Positions 46,705 to 55,779 of a DNA stretch of 64,000 nt are shown piece by piece. Location of the stretch: positions 64,001 through 128,000 of IMG/VR virus record IMGVR_UViG_3300022554_000002; one strand, given 5' to 3'. Position 1 is the stretch's first letter. Each line of letters begins with the position of its first letter. The notes beneath the pieces are model-generated. The model was given only the letters and a program-made list of their open reading frames with translations, searched no databases and was not told the DNA's origin. This DNA comes from a virus. The translations under genes and the position numbers were made by a program.

Positions 46705-48458
46705 TATACTGGACCTCCACCACCAACCCCACCACCTGACATAAACCAATTATATAATTTATTACCCTGCTCTTTAGGAGTTCCTTCAGGATTTTTGGTA
46801 ATAAACTCTTCAACCTTCTGAGTTGTAGTTTTTCCAGCCTCTTCAGTATCTTTTATAAATTTATCTAAAAGCATTCTCTGTTCACGTAATGCATTTAACA
46901 TATCTTGAAATACAACCATAATCTCTTTGGCCTGCTCACTATCTTCAGGAGATAAATCAGTTCGTAATGAAATTCTATCCAACTCACTATGTGCTTGATG
47001 TAGGAACTTCTCAATCTTTGCATAATTAGTTTTAAAATTCTGTACATATTGAACTAGTTGCTGCATAGCAACTTGACTTTGATCTACTTCCTGTGCAGTT
47101 CTAGGAGAATATTTAAATTTAATAGTCATTATATCTTGGTAACCAGTACCAACAATTTCATCCACCTTTTTCATAATATCTAAAAAGTTATTAAAATTAG
47201 TATTAGGAACTTGTGAAATAAGTTCCTGAATCTTTTCCATTGAGTTAGATAAATATTCATCCACCTTACGCATTTTATCAGTAAATTGCTTATAGAATGA
47301 TTGGAAAGGTACACGGTAAACATCTAATGGGGCTTGTTCTTTTTCTTTTGGTGTCTGCCGTGTCAATGGATTAGTATTTTGATCTGTTAACCGATGTAAA
47401 TCAGATTTTGCAATATTAATATCACCAATGATCTTTACCATATTCCATTTAAGAATTCTATGAACATCAGCTAGCAACTCTGTGTCAAAAGGTTTATTCT
47501 TACCTGAATATGGAGTCTTGCCCTGACTAAAGCTTTCAGTTATCTCATTAAGACGATTAGAGAACTGTTCCCAAAGATTTCGTTTATCTTTGCTATCTTT
47601 AGACTTAGATAAATTCTGAACAATCTGACGACTTAAATCCTTCTTATCTTTTGCTTCAAAGAAATAATGCTTCCAAAGATTATCTATTCCTTCTTGGAAT
47701 TTATTGGTCTTATCATACCAATTTTGCAACAAATGGAACATTAGTGTCTTGGCATCAGCAGAACGTTTCAATTTTCTAGGCCAATCAGGAGGATTTACAG
47801 CAGGTTCAGCAGCAGATGTATTGGCTTTTTCATCAACCTGAAAATCCAAAATACCTTCTGTACCCTTTTTCAAACTTTCATTTGTAACGCTTAATTCATG
47901 CTTTAAATAATTATAAATCTTTTCAACATCTGTTTTTAATTCATCTGCTGATCGACTAACGGGAATATGAGGAAACAAAACATCAAACTGCTGTTTCATC
48001 AATTCCAGTGCTTCTAAATATTGACTCAACATAGTATGCAAAGATGTAAAAACATCCTTCATACCATCATAGTCAAATTTCTTACTAACCTCATTTGTTG
48101 GTTGACTTCGTTCGTCTGACTGTACTTCCATGTACCGTTTCAAACGATTGTAAGCAGATAAAATCTGAGTCTGAATTGTATTATCAGTATTAATGATATT
48201 AGAAATTGGTAATCCAAAAGCATGTTTTTCTTTTATCTGTTCAAATGCTCTTAAATGCTGTGGAGTAAAAACAGCATTCATATCAACATTACCAGAATTT
48301 ACATTTTGAGAAATAAAACGATATGCCTCAACGGGATCAATGGCAGAATCAATTGCTTCTAATAGTTTAAAAGCAACCACGTAAAGATCAGAAATGTTTC
48401 TATTAAAAATACTTTCCTTTTCAATATTTTCATTTAAGTATGCCTTGGAAAATTTCAT
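46704..48458 (-). CDS. large helical hypothetical protein
   Basis: 584 aa, predicted mostly alpha-helical. Confidence 0.7.
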   Translation of the reverse strand: MKFSKAYLNENIEKESIFNRNISDLYVVAFKLLEAIDSAIDPVEAYRFISQNVNSGNVDMNAVFTPQHLRAFEQIKEKHAFGLPISNIINTDNTIQTQILSAYNRLKRYMEVQSDERSQPTNEVSKKFDYDGMKDVFTSLHTMLSQYLEALELMKQQFDVLFPHIPVSRSADELKTDVEKIYNYLKHELSVTNESLKKGTEGILDFQVDEKANTSAAEPAVNPPDWPRKLKRSADAKTLMFHLLQNWYDKTNKFQEGIDNLWKHYFFEAKDKKDLSRQIVQNLSKSKDSKDKRNLWEQFSNRLNEITESFSQGKTPYSGKNKPFDTELLADVHRILKWNMVKIIGDINIAKSDLHRLTDQNTNPLTRQTPKEKEQAPLDVYRVPFQSFYKQFTDKMRKVDEYLSNSMEKIQELISQVPNTNFNNFLDIMKKVDEIVGTGYQDIMTIKFKYSPRTAQEVDQSQVAMQQLVQYVQNFKTNYAKIEKFLHQAHSELDRISLRTDLSPEDSEQAKEIMVVFQDMLNALREQRMLLDKFIKDTEEAGKTTTQKVEEFITKNPEGTPKEQGNKLYNWFMSGGGVGGGGPV

Positions 48459-48859
48459 TACTTACCCCAAGACCCAAAATTAAACTCCAAATCTCTCTCA
48501 AGACCATTAAGTACTTCTCGTTTCTCAAAACTTATAATTTCTTTAAAAACCAAACTAGCCTTTCGCTCAAACCTATGAAATCTAATCATAGTATCACTAT
48601 CAATATATTCCAAGTCTCTTAAACCCTTAAGAGCCGTGGAATAAGGTCTATAAAGATATTCATCCTCAAAATCAACAATTAATAGATTCTTACCAGTTGA
48701 GAAAATACCATAAGGAACGGCAAGAGACAACTCACTGCCAGAAAGAGTCTTCAACGCTGTTTTATAATTTGCACCAACCTCACGAGTGAAAATAAACTGC
48801 CCATCAAGGAAAACCCAAGCAAGATCACCTATGGGAGATAAACTAACATTAGGTGTCAT
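48458..48859 (-). CDS. hypothetical protein
   Basis: 133-aa coupled ORF. Confidence 0.65.
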   Translation of the reverse strand: MTPNVSLSPIGDLAWVFLDGQFIFTREVGANYKTALKTLSGSELSLAVPYGIFSTGKNLLIVDFEDEYLYRPYSTALKGLRDLEYIDSDTMIRFHRFERKASLVFKEIISFEKREVLNGLERDLEFNFGSWGK

Positions 48860-49091
48860 TCTTCACTGCATCCTTTTCCGGCAATTTCGTATCCGAACAT
48901 ACCATCTTTAATTTCTCATAATCATCCTCAAGATATTTATATAAATATTCAATAATACTTTCTGTATCCTTGTCATCCTTATCAAAAAAATCAGTATAAT
49001 AACTTAATTCATCAACTCTGCCCATCATCTGCCGTGACAACAAATTAATAGTTAACAACTTTGCTCTTAAATCTCGTAATGATTTTGTCAT
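48849..49091 (-). CDS. hypothetical protein
   Basis: 80-aa coupled ORF. Confidence 0.6.
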   Translation of the reverse strand: MTKSLRDLRAKLLTINLLSRQMMGRVDELSYYTDFFDKDDKDTESIIEYLYKYLEDDYEKLKMVCSDTKLPEKDAVKNDT

Positions 49092-50458
49092 TACTTAATA
49101 CTCAAGAATAATTTCTTCTTAGCCAAACCAAGACGTTGCTTTATTTCAGGAATTTGTAACTTTTGAATAATACCCTGAATAATCTGACGAATTCGTTCTC
49201 GCGTTACATTACGCTCTTTACCAATCTGGTCTAAAGTCATATTATCGTAAAAATATTTCTTAACAATATCTAATTCATCTGGTGCAAGAACAGGTTCAAT
49301 TTGCTTAATTACTGGACCTAACACATTTTCCAAAGGGGAAGATTCACGTGGACCTTCGCCAAACATTGGCTCAGTAACATTCGCAACAGGGTCATTGCTA
49401 CCAGCCACATCGCCAGCAGAACCAGCTTCAGCACCACCGTCATCGTCAGCAAAAGCTGGCCCAACGGTCATATATTGTTTATCTTGACTGCGCTGTTTAT
49501 TTAACATATTTTTAGCCAAACCACCAGCCTGTGAACCAACGAAAGTAGAAATTGTTGCTCTGGAAGGATCAAAGTTATTTAAAAAACTCTTAGTAAGGCC
49601 AGTGAGAACAGCAGGAGCAAAATAATCAATTGGAGATTCATCTTCACGTGTTTTGTAATTTTTAGTATATTTTGCAACCTCACGAACAATTAATGGATAA
49701 TAGTCATCGTAAAGCCAATTCATTACAGGAGCAGAAACTTCCTTCATCTGCTGCTTAATTTCATCCTTCTGTTCATCAGATAGATTGGGATCATTCAATT
49801 TAGCTTTTAATGCTCTCCATGGCTCAAGAACACTTAAAAGTTCATCTGTATGCTGCTGCTTACCTTGTTTCTCGTCTTCCATTTGAGCTTCAATCAACAG
49901 TTTTGATGTCAACACTGGTCTTTCTCCTTCTAACTTTTCTTGTTCTCTCGCAAAAAGCGCACATTGCGCACTAACCAACAAAAATTTACCCACAGTATCA
50001 AAATCAGTATTATTAATAAACAAATGAGTTGCTTCTTCCACCAACCCCTTATTTAACATATGTTCAATAATCTCTTTAGACTTATCCATATTACCAGTAG
50101 TATTAATAAATTGTAACACACCACCGTCAGCAGAAATTCTACCAAAAATTGCTACACGTTGCCACGTAGCAAATTTTGCTAGAATCTCCCTCTCTTTATA
50201 ATCCCAAGCATCGTCACTTTCGTCTTTAAATTTAGCTAATCCTTCCAACTCATTTCGATGGTAAACACTGTTCAGCCATAAATCCATGTGATTAATACAA
50301 GTTGGAAACCCTACCACACCCTCACGAATTCCGTGCCAACTAACCAATTTCTGATTGTCTACACCATCAATATTGTAAACGATATCGTTTGTAACAGGAT
50401 TTTGATAAAATATTACAGTCCCTTCTCCTAACACTTCATTGGCAATAACTTTAAACAC
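49091..50458 (-). CDS. sigma-70-family RNA polymerase sigma factor with N-terminal extension
   Basis: Region 2-like YYPLIVREVAKY...GLTKSFLNNFDPSRATISTF; region 4.2 MTLDQIGKERNVTRERIRQI. Confidence 0.85.
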   Translation of the reverse strand: MFKVIANEVLGEGTVIFYQNPVTNDIVYNIDGVDNQKLVSWHGIREGVVGFPTCINHMDLWLNSVYHRNELEGLAKFKDESDDAWDYKEREILAKFATWQRVAIFGRISADGGVLQFINTTGNMDKSKEIIEHMLNKGLVEEATHLFINNTDFDTVGKFLLVSAQCALFAREQEKLEGERPVLTSKLLIEAQMEDEKQGKQQHTDELLSVLEPWRALKAKLNDPNLSDEQKDEIKQQMKEVSAPVMNWLYDDYYPLIVREVAKYTKNYKTREDESPIDYFAPAVLTGLTKSFLNNFDPSRATISTFVGSQAGGLAKNMLNKQRSQDKQYMTVGPAFADDDGGAEAGSAGDVAGSNDPVANVTEPMFGEGPRESSPLENVLGPVIKQIEPVLAPDELDIVKKYFYDNMTLDQIGKERNVTRERIRQIIQGIIQKLQIPEIKQRLGLAKKKLFLSIK

Positions 50459-51035
50459 GTTTCAAAACCTCTGAAAGTGGTTTTTCTTGTCTAGCCGCTT
50501 CCACACAAAGTTTATGGTATGTAGAAGCTACTACTGTCTTGTCTAATGTCTTAACTCCAAAACTAGACAAGTATTCAGCCAGAGTAGGATTTTCCTTCTC
50601 TAGTTCTTCTAATGTTATTATACAATCAACCTTCTTGGAAATCAAGTTAAATTTTCTATCTTCTTCGTTTTCTTGTGAAGACCCCACTAAGTCATAGGTA
50701 GGTGGCTTATTTATAGGATTAACCGTATTCGTATCTGTAATAACGTTTACCTTGTCAAGAGGCTCATTGAACAAATGCTCTTGCTGGTCTTCATTCCAAA
50801 ACATCTTGAGAATTTCATCATTAGTGTCATCGTGAGACTCACTATTTAACATTTTGTCACTTCTTGGTTCAGAAGAGACAATAGTATCCTCAACAGTATC
50901 TTTAAGAATTTTTGGATCTTTTTCAGTTAGAGAATAGTCTTGTTTAGGTTCTTTGCTATTATAAATCCTGTTAGGGTCTTGACCACTTCGATCTGAAATT
51001 TTTAATAAAACTGCTAATTTCTGCAACCATGACAT
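50451..51035 (-). CDS. hypothetical head-module protein
   Basis: 194 aa, acidic; C-terminal ITLEELEKENPTLAEYL..FGVK motif. Confidence 0.65.
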   Translation of the reverse strand: MSWLQKLAVLLKISDRSGQDPNRIYNSKEPKQDYSLTEKDPKILKDTVEDTIVSSEPRSDKMLNSESHDDTNDEILKMFWNEDQQEHLFNEPLDKVNVITDTNTVNPINKPPTYDLVGSSQENEEDRKFNLISKKVDCIITLEELEKENPTLAEYLSSFGVKTLDKTVVASTYHKLCVEAARQEKPLSEVLKRV

Positions 51036-51057
51036 GAAAAACTCTCCTTGGAATAGA

Positions 51058-51086
51058 AATACAGGGTGCTCTTGACACCCTGTATT
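51058..51086 (-). terminator. stem-loop after the 51114..52205 gene (weak U-tract)
   Basis: aatacagggtg-ctcttga-caccctgtatt, 11-bp perfect stem. Confidence 0.65.
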
Positions 51087-51113
51087 AAATTCAACTAATG
51101 CAGTTTATAAGAA

Positions 51114-52205
51114 CTACTTGCAAAGGTCTTTTAAGTCTGCAATAGCCTTTGCAACGTCGTTCTTAGCTTTAGATGCATCTTTCTTCATGGCATCTGAAGC
51201 TAACTGTGCCTTCTCACTTCCATAAGGATTCTTAGCTTCATTGACGTTCAAAGAACGATCAAACCATGTCTTGTTATCGTTCAAATCACGCCCATCACTG
51301 TTTCCCTGATCTTTACTACGATCAAACCATTTATCACCTGACAAATCAGGAGAAGCGGGTGAAGCAGAATTTGCATCTTTACCACGATTGAACCACTCAT
51401 CATTACTCATGGCACAAACCTTCTTAAATGCATCCATCTTATCAAGAGGTACGTCTACCATGTAACAAAGACGGCCAAACCGTTTAGGGTCATTCGTCGC
51501 ATCTACATACTCTTCTGTCACATCAAAACCGGCTTCCCGAAGACGAGCAGCAACCACATGGGAACCTGCTGGTGCATCTACGGCTTCGTAACCATCGACT
51601 TCGGCATTAAAGTATGCAATGGGTTGTTCAACGCTATTCTTCATCTGTTCATTATCTCCTGCTAAGAAATTCTCAACCGCTTTAGCTGAAAGTTTGTATT
51701 CATTATCGTACTTATCATAGAACACTGAACCAAGTTTTAATCGTTCTGAAGACAATGCTGAATCTTCATCATGCTCTACTACAAATTTTGCTGTTTTCCG
51801 TTCATTGGTCCCTGCGACCATGAAATTAACGGCAAAAACCAGCAATGATTTATCAGTAATTGCCTGATCATCGGCAGGAGAATTATGTGCTGCTGTTCGA
51901 TGGAATTCATCAAGAGCAATCGTATATCCACCCTTGCCAATCATCTTATCAAGATTGTCTTTCAGAACTTTGGAGGCTTCTTTAATAACATGATCTTGGT
52001 CAGAATATTCCTCTTTGTGAACTTCACGTTCACCTGTAGGAATGTTCTGATACTGTTCCTGTGAAGCTTTGCGAAGAGAGGTATAATGCTCAGTCTCTTC
52101 TTCTAGCTTCTCTGCATAGCTCTTTTCTGCTGGTGCAGCTTCAGGCTCTTGTCCAGTAATGAGACTAAATGCATCAACACGAGATTTGGAAGTAACCAAA
52201 CGCAT
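51114..52205 (-). CDS. putative abundant virion/internal head protein
   Basis: 363 aa; three WF(N/D)R repeats; flanked by an upstream GATTATA motif and a downstream hairpin. Confidence 0.55.
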   Translation of the reverse strand: MRLVTSKSRVDAFSLITGQEPEAAPAEKSYAEKLEEETEHYTSLRKASQEQYQNIPTGEREVHKEEYSDQDHVIKEASKVLKDNLDKMIGKGGYTIALDEFHRTAAHNSPADDQAITDKSLLVFAVNFMVAGTNERKTAKFVVEHDEDSALSSERLKLGSVFYDKYDNEYKLSAKAVENFLAGDNEQMKNSVEQPIAYFNAEVDGYEAVDAPAGSHVVAARLREAGFDVTEEYVDATNDPKRFGRLCYMVDVPLDKMDAFKKVCAMSNDEWFNRGKDANSASPASPDLSGDKWFDRSKDQGNSDGRDLNDNKTWFDRSLNVNEAKNPYGSEKAQLASDAMKKDASKAKNDVAKAIADLKDLCK

Positions 52206-52209
52206 CTTA

Positions 52210-52533
52210 TTATTCCTCTTGTTTCGCTAGGTATTCATCTACCCAATCTAAATCTTCTGGTTTTCTCATAATAGCACCATCTGCAAAACTCCATACCACC
52301 TTTTTATCAGCTTCTAAATACAAATCTTGACCACATTTTTGCAAATTCATATATTTAGAAGCTAACCGCATGAAAACTTTGCCTTCTTTATACTGACGAT
52401 TAAACTCTGCACGATCTAAAACATCATTTTCAGCATCACGTTTCATAGCAGCAGCATATCGGCCCAAAAGCTTTCCTTCTGGATTCTGCTTGTAACCATC
52501 ACCACAATATGCTCTCATTGAATTGGACTCCAA
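52210..52533 (-). CDS. hypothetical protein
   Basis: 107 aa, first gene after a GATTATA motif. Confidence 0.65.
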   Translation of the reverse strand: MESNSMRAYCGDGYKQNPEGKLLGRYAAAMKRDAENDVLDRAEFNRQYKEGKVFMRLASKYMNLQKCGQDLYLEADKKVVWSFADGAIMRKPEDLDWVDEYLAKQEE

Positions 52534-52584
52534 GAGAAATTACAACCATCCTCTAATATCTATAATCATTAACTCTGAGAGAAA

Positions 52585-53523
52585 TTACAACAAATTTTTA
52601 TAAACTGTAATATGACGGTTAACGAAAGTATCGTAATCCCGTCCCTCATTACAGATATAATCCTTACGAGAAGCAATTTCGTGTAATAAATCTGATTGAT
52701 AATCATTTGATTCTGCAATATCTGTAATAATTTCTTTCATTCGTTCTGTTGTATCAACAGAATACACAGCCGGATAATGGTTTACATGTTTAAACCAATT
52801 GGTAGGAGAACAGAAAAGAACGCGATGACAACCTAATGCAAGATTTGCAGCAGAAGAACTAACAGATGCTCCAACAGGTGGGTAAATCAAACTAACGGAA
52901 AATGCTCTTTGTATTTCCTTCACAAGGTCTTGTTTACTCAGCCATTTGTGGTGACCATACGTGGTATAAAACTCTATTTCTGTGCCAGTTATAGCTTTTC
53001 TAACAAAATCATCATTATTACGTCCTAAGCCAAAGCTAACTATATACTTAGGATTTCCAACAGTAGTATTATCATAAAACTTTATACCCATTGGAATTAC
53101 AGCAGAATTTGAATACCAAGGCATAGGCTCATGAGTTATATATCGTGAAACAAATCCCTGATCAAAATTAGGCCAGATTCCAGATGAATGCATTGTGAAT
53201 ACAATTGGAACTTTGCCAAAAAGTTCCTTCACCAAATTTGGAAACCAAGCTGGATGATATAAACTGGTTTCAAACTGGAAATGTACAATATCATATTGTA
53301 ATAACTGTTCAACAAATGAAATATCTGTTTCATGTATATTATCTAAATAAGGTACATGAAAGCACCTTGTTACAAATTCTTCATCTGGTTCAGCTTTTAA
53401 TTTTGGAAAATTAGCAAATACATGAACACTGTGGCCTTTCTCTCGCAGACCATACACTAAATCCTTAGTGTATTCTGCAATGCCACAACACTCATTCCAT
53501 GTGCTAACAATTGCTATTTTCAT
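52585..53523 (-). CDS. glycosyltransferase, GT4-like (GT-B fold)
   Basis: MKIAIVSTWNECCGIAEYTKDL..GHSVHVFA; DIVHFQFE; C-terminal SSSAANLALG..VLFCS. Confidence 0.8.
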   Translation of the reverse strand: MKIAIVSTWNECCGIAEYTKDLVYGLREKGHSVHVFANFPKLKAEPDEEFVTRCFHVPYLDNIHETDISFVEQLLQYDIVHFQFETSLYHPAWFPNLVKELFGKVPIVFTMHSSGIWPNFDQGFVSRYITHEPMPWYSNSAVIPMGIKFYDNTTVGNPKYIVSFGLGRNNDDFVRKAITGTEIEFYTTYGHHKWLSKQDLVKEIQRAFSVSLIYPPVGASVSSSAANLALGCHRVLFCSPTNWFKHVNHYPAVYSVDTTERMKEIITDIAESNDYQSDLLHEIASRKDYICNEGRDYDTFVNRHITVYKNLL

Positions 53524-54029
53524 TACTGTTTTAAACTTAGTATAATTCTCTTGTTTGCATTTTGATCCGAATTTTTATTTGAAACAATTAAAGTACCTGT
53601 AGTACCAACTGACTGAACTACTGGCTGTTCATCTTTTTTCTCTTCAAGCTGAGAAGTACGCTTCTCAGGTTCTAATGCATGGTCAGCAGTAATTTCCTGC
53701 TTGGTTTTTGCATCTTCTGCTTCTTTCTGCTTGGCAATTTCATCCAACTTAGCCTGAGTCTCAGGAGACACAATGGGTTCAACCTTGGCAGGATTCTTGC
53801 CACCACGGAATTCAGAAGCCTTGTAATCCAGCTTTCGCATACGAGCATAAATGCGAATACGCTTGTTATTCAACTCTTTACGCTTTGCTTCATTTTCCTC
53901 TGTCTTATTTGTCTTCTGTTCTTTCTTAATAGCAGACAACTCCTTGGAAACAACAGCCAACTCTTCTTTCAGTTGATCTATTGACAAATCAAAAAACTCA
54001 CCATTACGTGTTTGGTAAACTCTAGCCAT
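53523..54029 (-). CDS. coiled-coil hypothetical protein
   Basis: Start at MARVYQ after a GGAG RBS; K/E-rich. Confidence 0.65.
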   Translation of the reverse strand: MARVYQTRNGEFFDLSIDQLKEELAVVSKELSAIKKEQKTNKTEENEAKRKELNNKRIRIYARMRKLDYKASEFRGGKNPAKVEPIVSPETQAKLDEIAKQKEAEDAKTKQEITADHALEPEKRTSQLEEKKDEQPVVQSVGTTGTLIVSNKNSDQNANKRIILSLKQ

Positions 54030-54031
54030 TT

Positions 54032-54259
54032 TTACTCTCCTTCTGACTTGCATTTACAAGTAGTAACCACAAATAAAGAGGCATTCCAAATTGCATCAAA
54101 AAATTCATCTAATTCTTTTTCATCTTTTGCATAAATATCAACCACATCCTGATTAGTTAAATAAACACGTAAAAAAATACTACTATCATTTTCTACAACT
54201 TTTCTTACAAAAATAACTTTCTGTGGATCAATTAAATATTTTCCTAATTTTAATAACAT
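54032..54259 (-). CDS. hypothetical protein
   Basis: Start at MLLKLG after a GGAGG RBS. Confidence 0.6.
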   Translation of the reverse strand: MLLKLGKYLIDPQKVIFVRKVVENDSSIFLRVYLTNQDVVDIYAKDEKELDEFFDAIWNASLFVVTTCKCKSEGE

Positions 54260-54260
54260 A

Positions 54261-54692
54261 TTAACCTCCAACTAAGAATCTACGAATCTCAGCAGCACGT
54301 TCATCTGTTGATGATTGATCCCAAGGCTTCAATGACAATACTGTTTGATTGTCAGGACCATAAATCCTTACCTGACGCAACAATGCTGAATTATACAGTG
54401 ATGGAACAGGGTAATTAAACAACCACGTCTCATTTGGTGTATGACCCTGCTCAGTAGAAAGAATTGGTTCAGGTGTAACTTCTGTTACTAGATCATATTT
54501 AAATCGTTCTTCCTTACCATCAGGAAAACAATGTGCAGTTAAAATAAGATTACCATTCTTTGCAGCTTTTAATGAATATGGATAAACATATCGTCTACCC
54601 AACGTTCCACCAGAATAATCCAACGAACAAACCAAACCATTAGTGCAACAGAAACTCAAAACTGTTAATGCGTCCATTATTTTTGACTCCAA
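54261..54692 (-). CDS. WYL-domain-like protein
   Basis: LDYSG...RRYVYPYSL...LILTAHC...ERFKYDLVTEV matches the WYL Y..R.V.PY.L..L.A.C..R.F..D pattern. Confidence 0.6.
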   Translation of the reverse strand: MESKIMDALTVLSFCCTNGLVCSLDYSGGTLGRRYVYPYSLKAAKNGNLILTAHCFPDGKEERFKYDLVTEVTPEPILSTEQGHTPNETWLFNYPVPSLYNSALLRQVRIYGPDNQTVLSLKPWDQSSTDERAAEIRRFLVGG

Positions 54693-54838
54693 CGTTCTAA
54701 TGTGTCTATGACAGTAAGTTTTGGTACTTCAGTATTTCCCCACTTACCTTGAGTAGCATAAGCACCAGCACGAGCAACGCACCAATATACTAAAGGTTTT
54801 GGTAATTTCCATGCTAACCACATCCAAAATTTTTCCAT
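54677..54838 (-). CDS. small hypothetical protein
   Basis: Trp-rich; start at MEKFW after an AAGGAG RBS. Confidence 0.55.
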   Translation of the reverse strand: MEKFWMWLAWKLPKPLVYWCVARAGAYATQGKWGNTEVPKLTVIDTLERWSQK

Positions 54839-54839
54839 G

Positions 54840-55235
54840 TTAAACTCCTTGTGCAAACCAAGCATTGATTTTCAGTGCTTTGCCACTTTCAACCCCATCA
54901 TACGGAATAACTGGAAATGATACCTTTTTCAAAAGAATAGGTTTTTTAGGATCAAACCCCGTTTGACCAGTAACATCAATATCCTGTGGTGCCATTGAAA
55001 AGATCATTTCTGATAGGAACTGGACGATAATCTGCATTAACTGATCATATTTGGTCACTTGTAAAGTCTTCTGTAACTGCTCTTGACTTGGAAAATCAAC
55101 AGCAATAGAAATAAAACCCTTCTTAAAATCAGTAGAAATACCATCAGGTAGAACGGACTTTTTAAGCCGGTCTACCTGATTATTGATATTATTACCTTTT
55201 TCACTAGGTGCCTGTGGAACTGGCATTTTCTTCAA
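54840..55235 (-). CDS. hypothetical protein
   Basis: 131-aa ORF. Confidence 0.6.
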   Translation of the reverse strand: MKKMPVPQAPSEKGNNINNQVDRLKKSVLPDGISTDFKKGFISIAVDFPSQEQLQKTLQVTKYDQLMQIIVQFLSEMIFSMAPQDIDVTGQTGFDPKKPILLKKVSFPVIPYDGVESGKALKINAWFAQGV

Positions 55236-55755
55236 CCTTTTCTGCTTCTTGTGCAGACATTAAACATTCAGCAGGAATTTCATGGAACGTACTTCGTTCT
55301 TTCAGACTTTCTGCTGTTGCTTTATCAAAACACCAAACCTCTACGTTAACTCCTAACTCCTTAAGACGTTCAAGGAGATAAGAGTAAGAACCGTTACCCG
55401 TACAAAGAACAACAGTCTTTACATTTTCATCACTAATAGCAGCATCCATAACATCAGTAGCAAGTTCAACTTCAAAATAGCGTGGCACGAGTCGTTTTCG
55501 TCCATTCTCTACCTTTGTAATAATCCGCTTACTAACGACTTCAAAGCCTGCTGCACGTAAAGAATTATAAAAACGTTTGGAATCTTTATAATCCTTGTGT
55601 GCTGCATACGCCTTACAAATACCACCTTTACGACCATTCAAAATCTTTTGCATCAACAGCTTATAATTTACTTTTTTCCCTCCCCCGAATGTCTTTGCTG
55701 CATGATAAAGATTCTGAACATCTGCCACAACCACAACCAACTCATTCTCTGCCAT
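55204..55755 (-). CDS. NYN/LabA (PIN-like) domain protein with degenerate active site
   Basis: VVADVQNLY, AYA, LRAAGFEV, VVLCTGNGSY..LLERLKELGVNVEVW. Confidence 0.75.
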   Translation of the reverse strand: MAENELVVVVADVQNLYHAAKTFGGGKKVNYKLLMQKILNGRKGGICKAYAAHKDYKDSKRFYNSLRAAGFEVVSKRIITKVENGRKRLVPRYFEVELATDVMDAAISDENVKTVVLCTGNGSYSYLLERLKELGVNVEVWCFDKATAESLKERSTFHEIPAECLMSAQEAEKVEENASSTGT

Positions 55756-55779
55756 AACCTGATTCCTCTTTCTATTAAA

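Noticed and set aside
46704-46749. Trp-rich N-terminal extension MVYVRWWGWWWRSSI of the adaptor ORF
   Set aside because: It overlaps the Gly-rich end of the upstream gene; the family-like start is MPYTT at 46704
51072-51100. Plus-strand TTGACA in the hairpin loop as an antisense promoter
   Set aside because: No -10 box at 16-18 bp spacing
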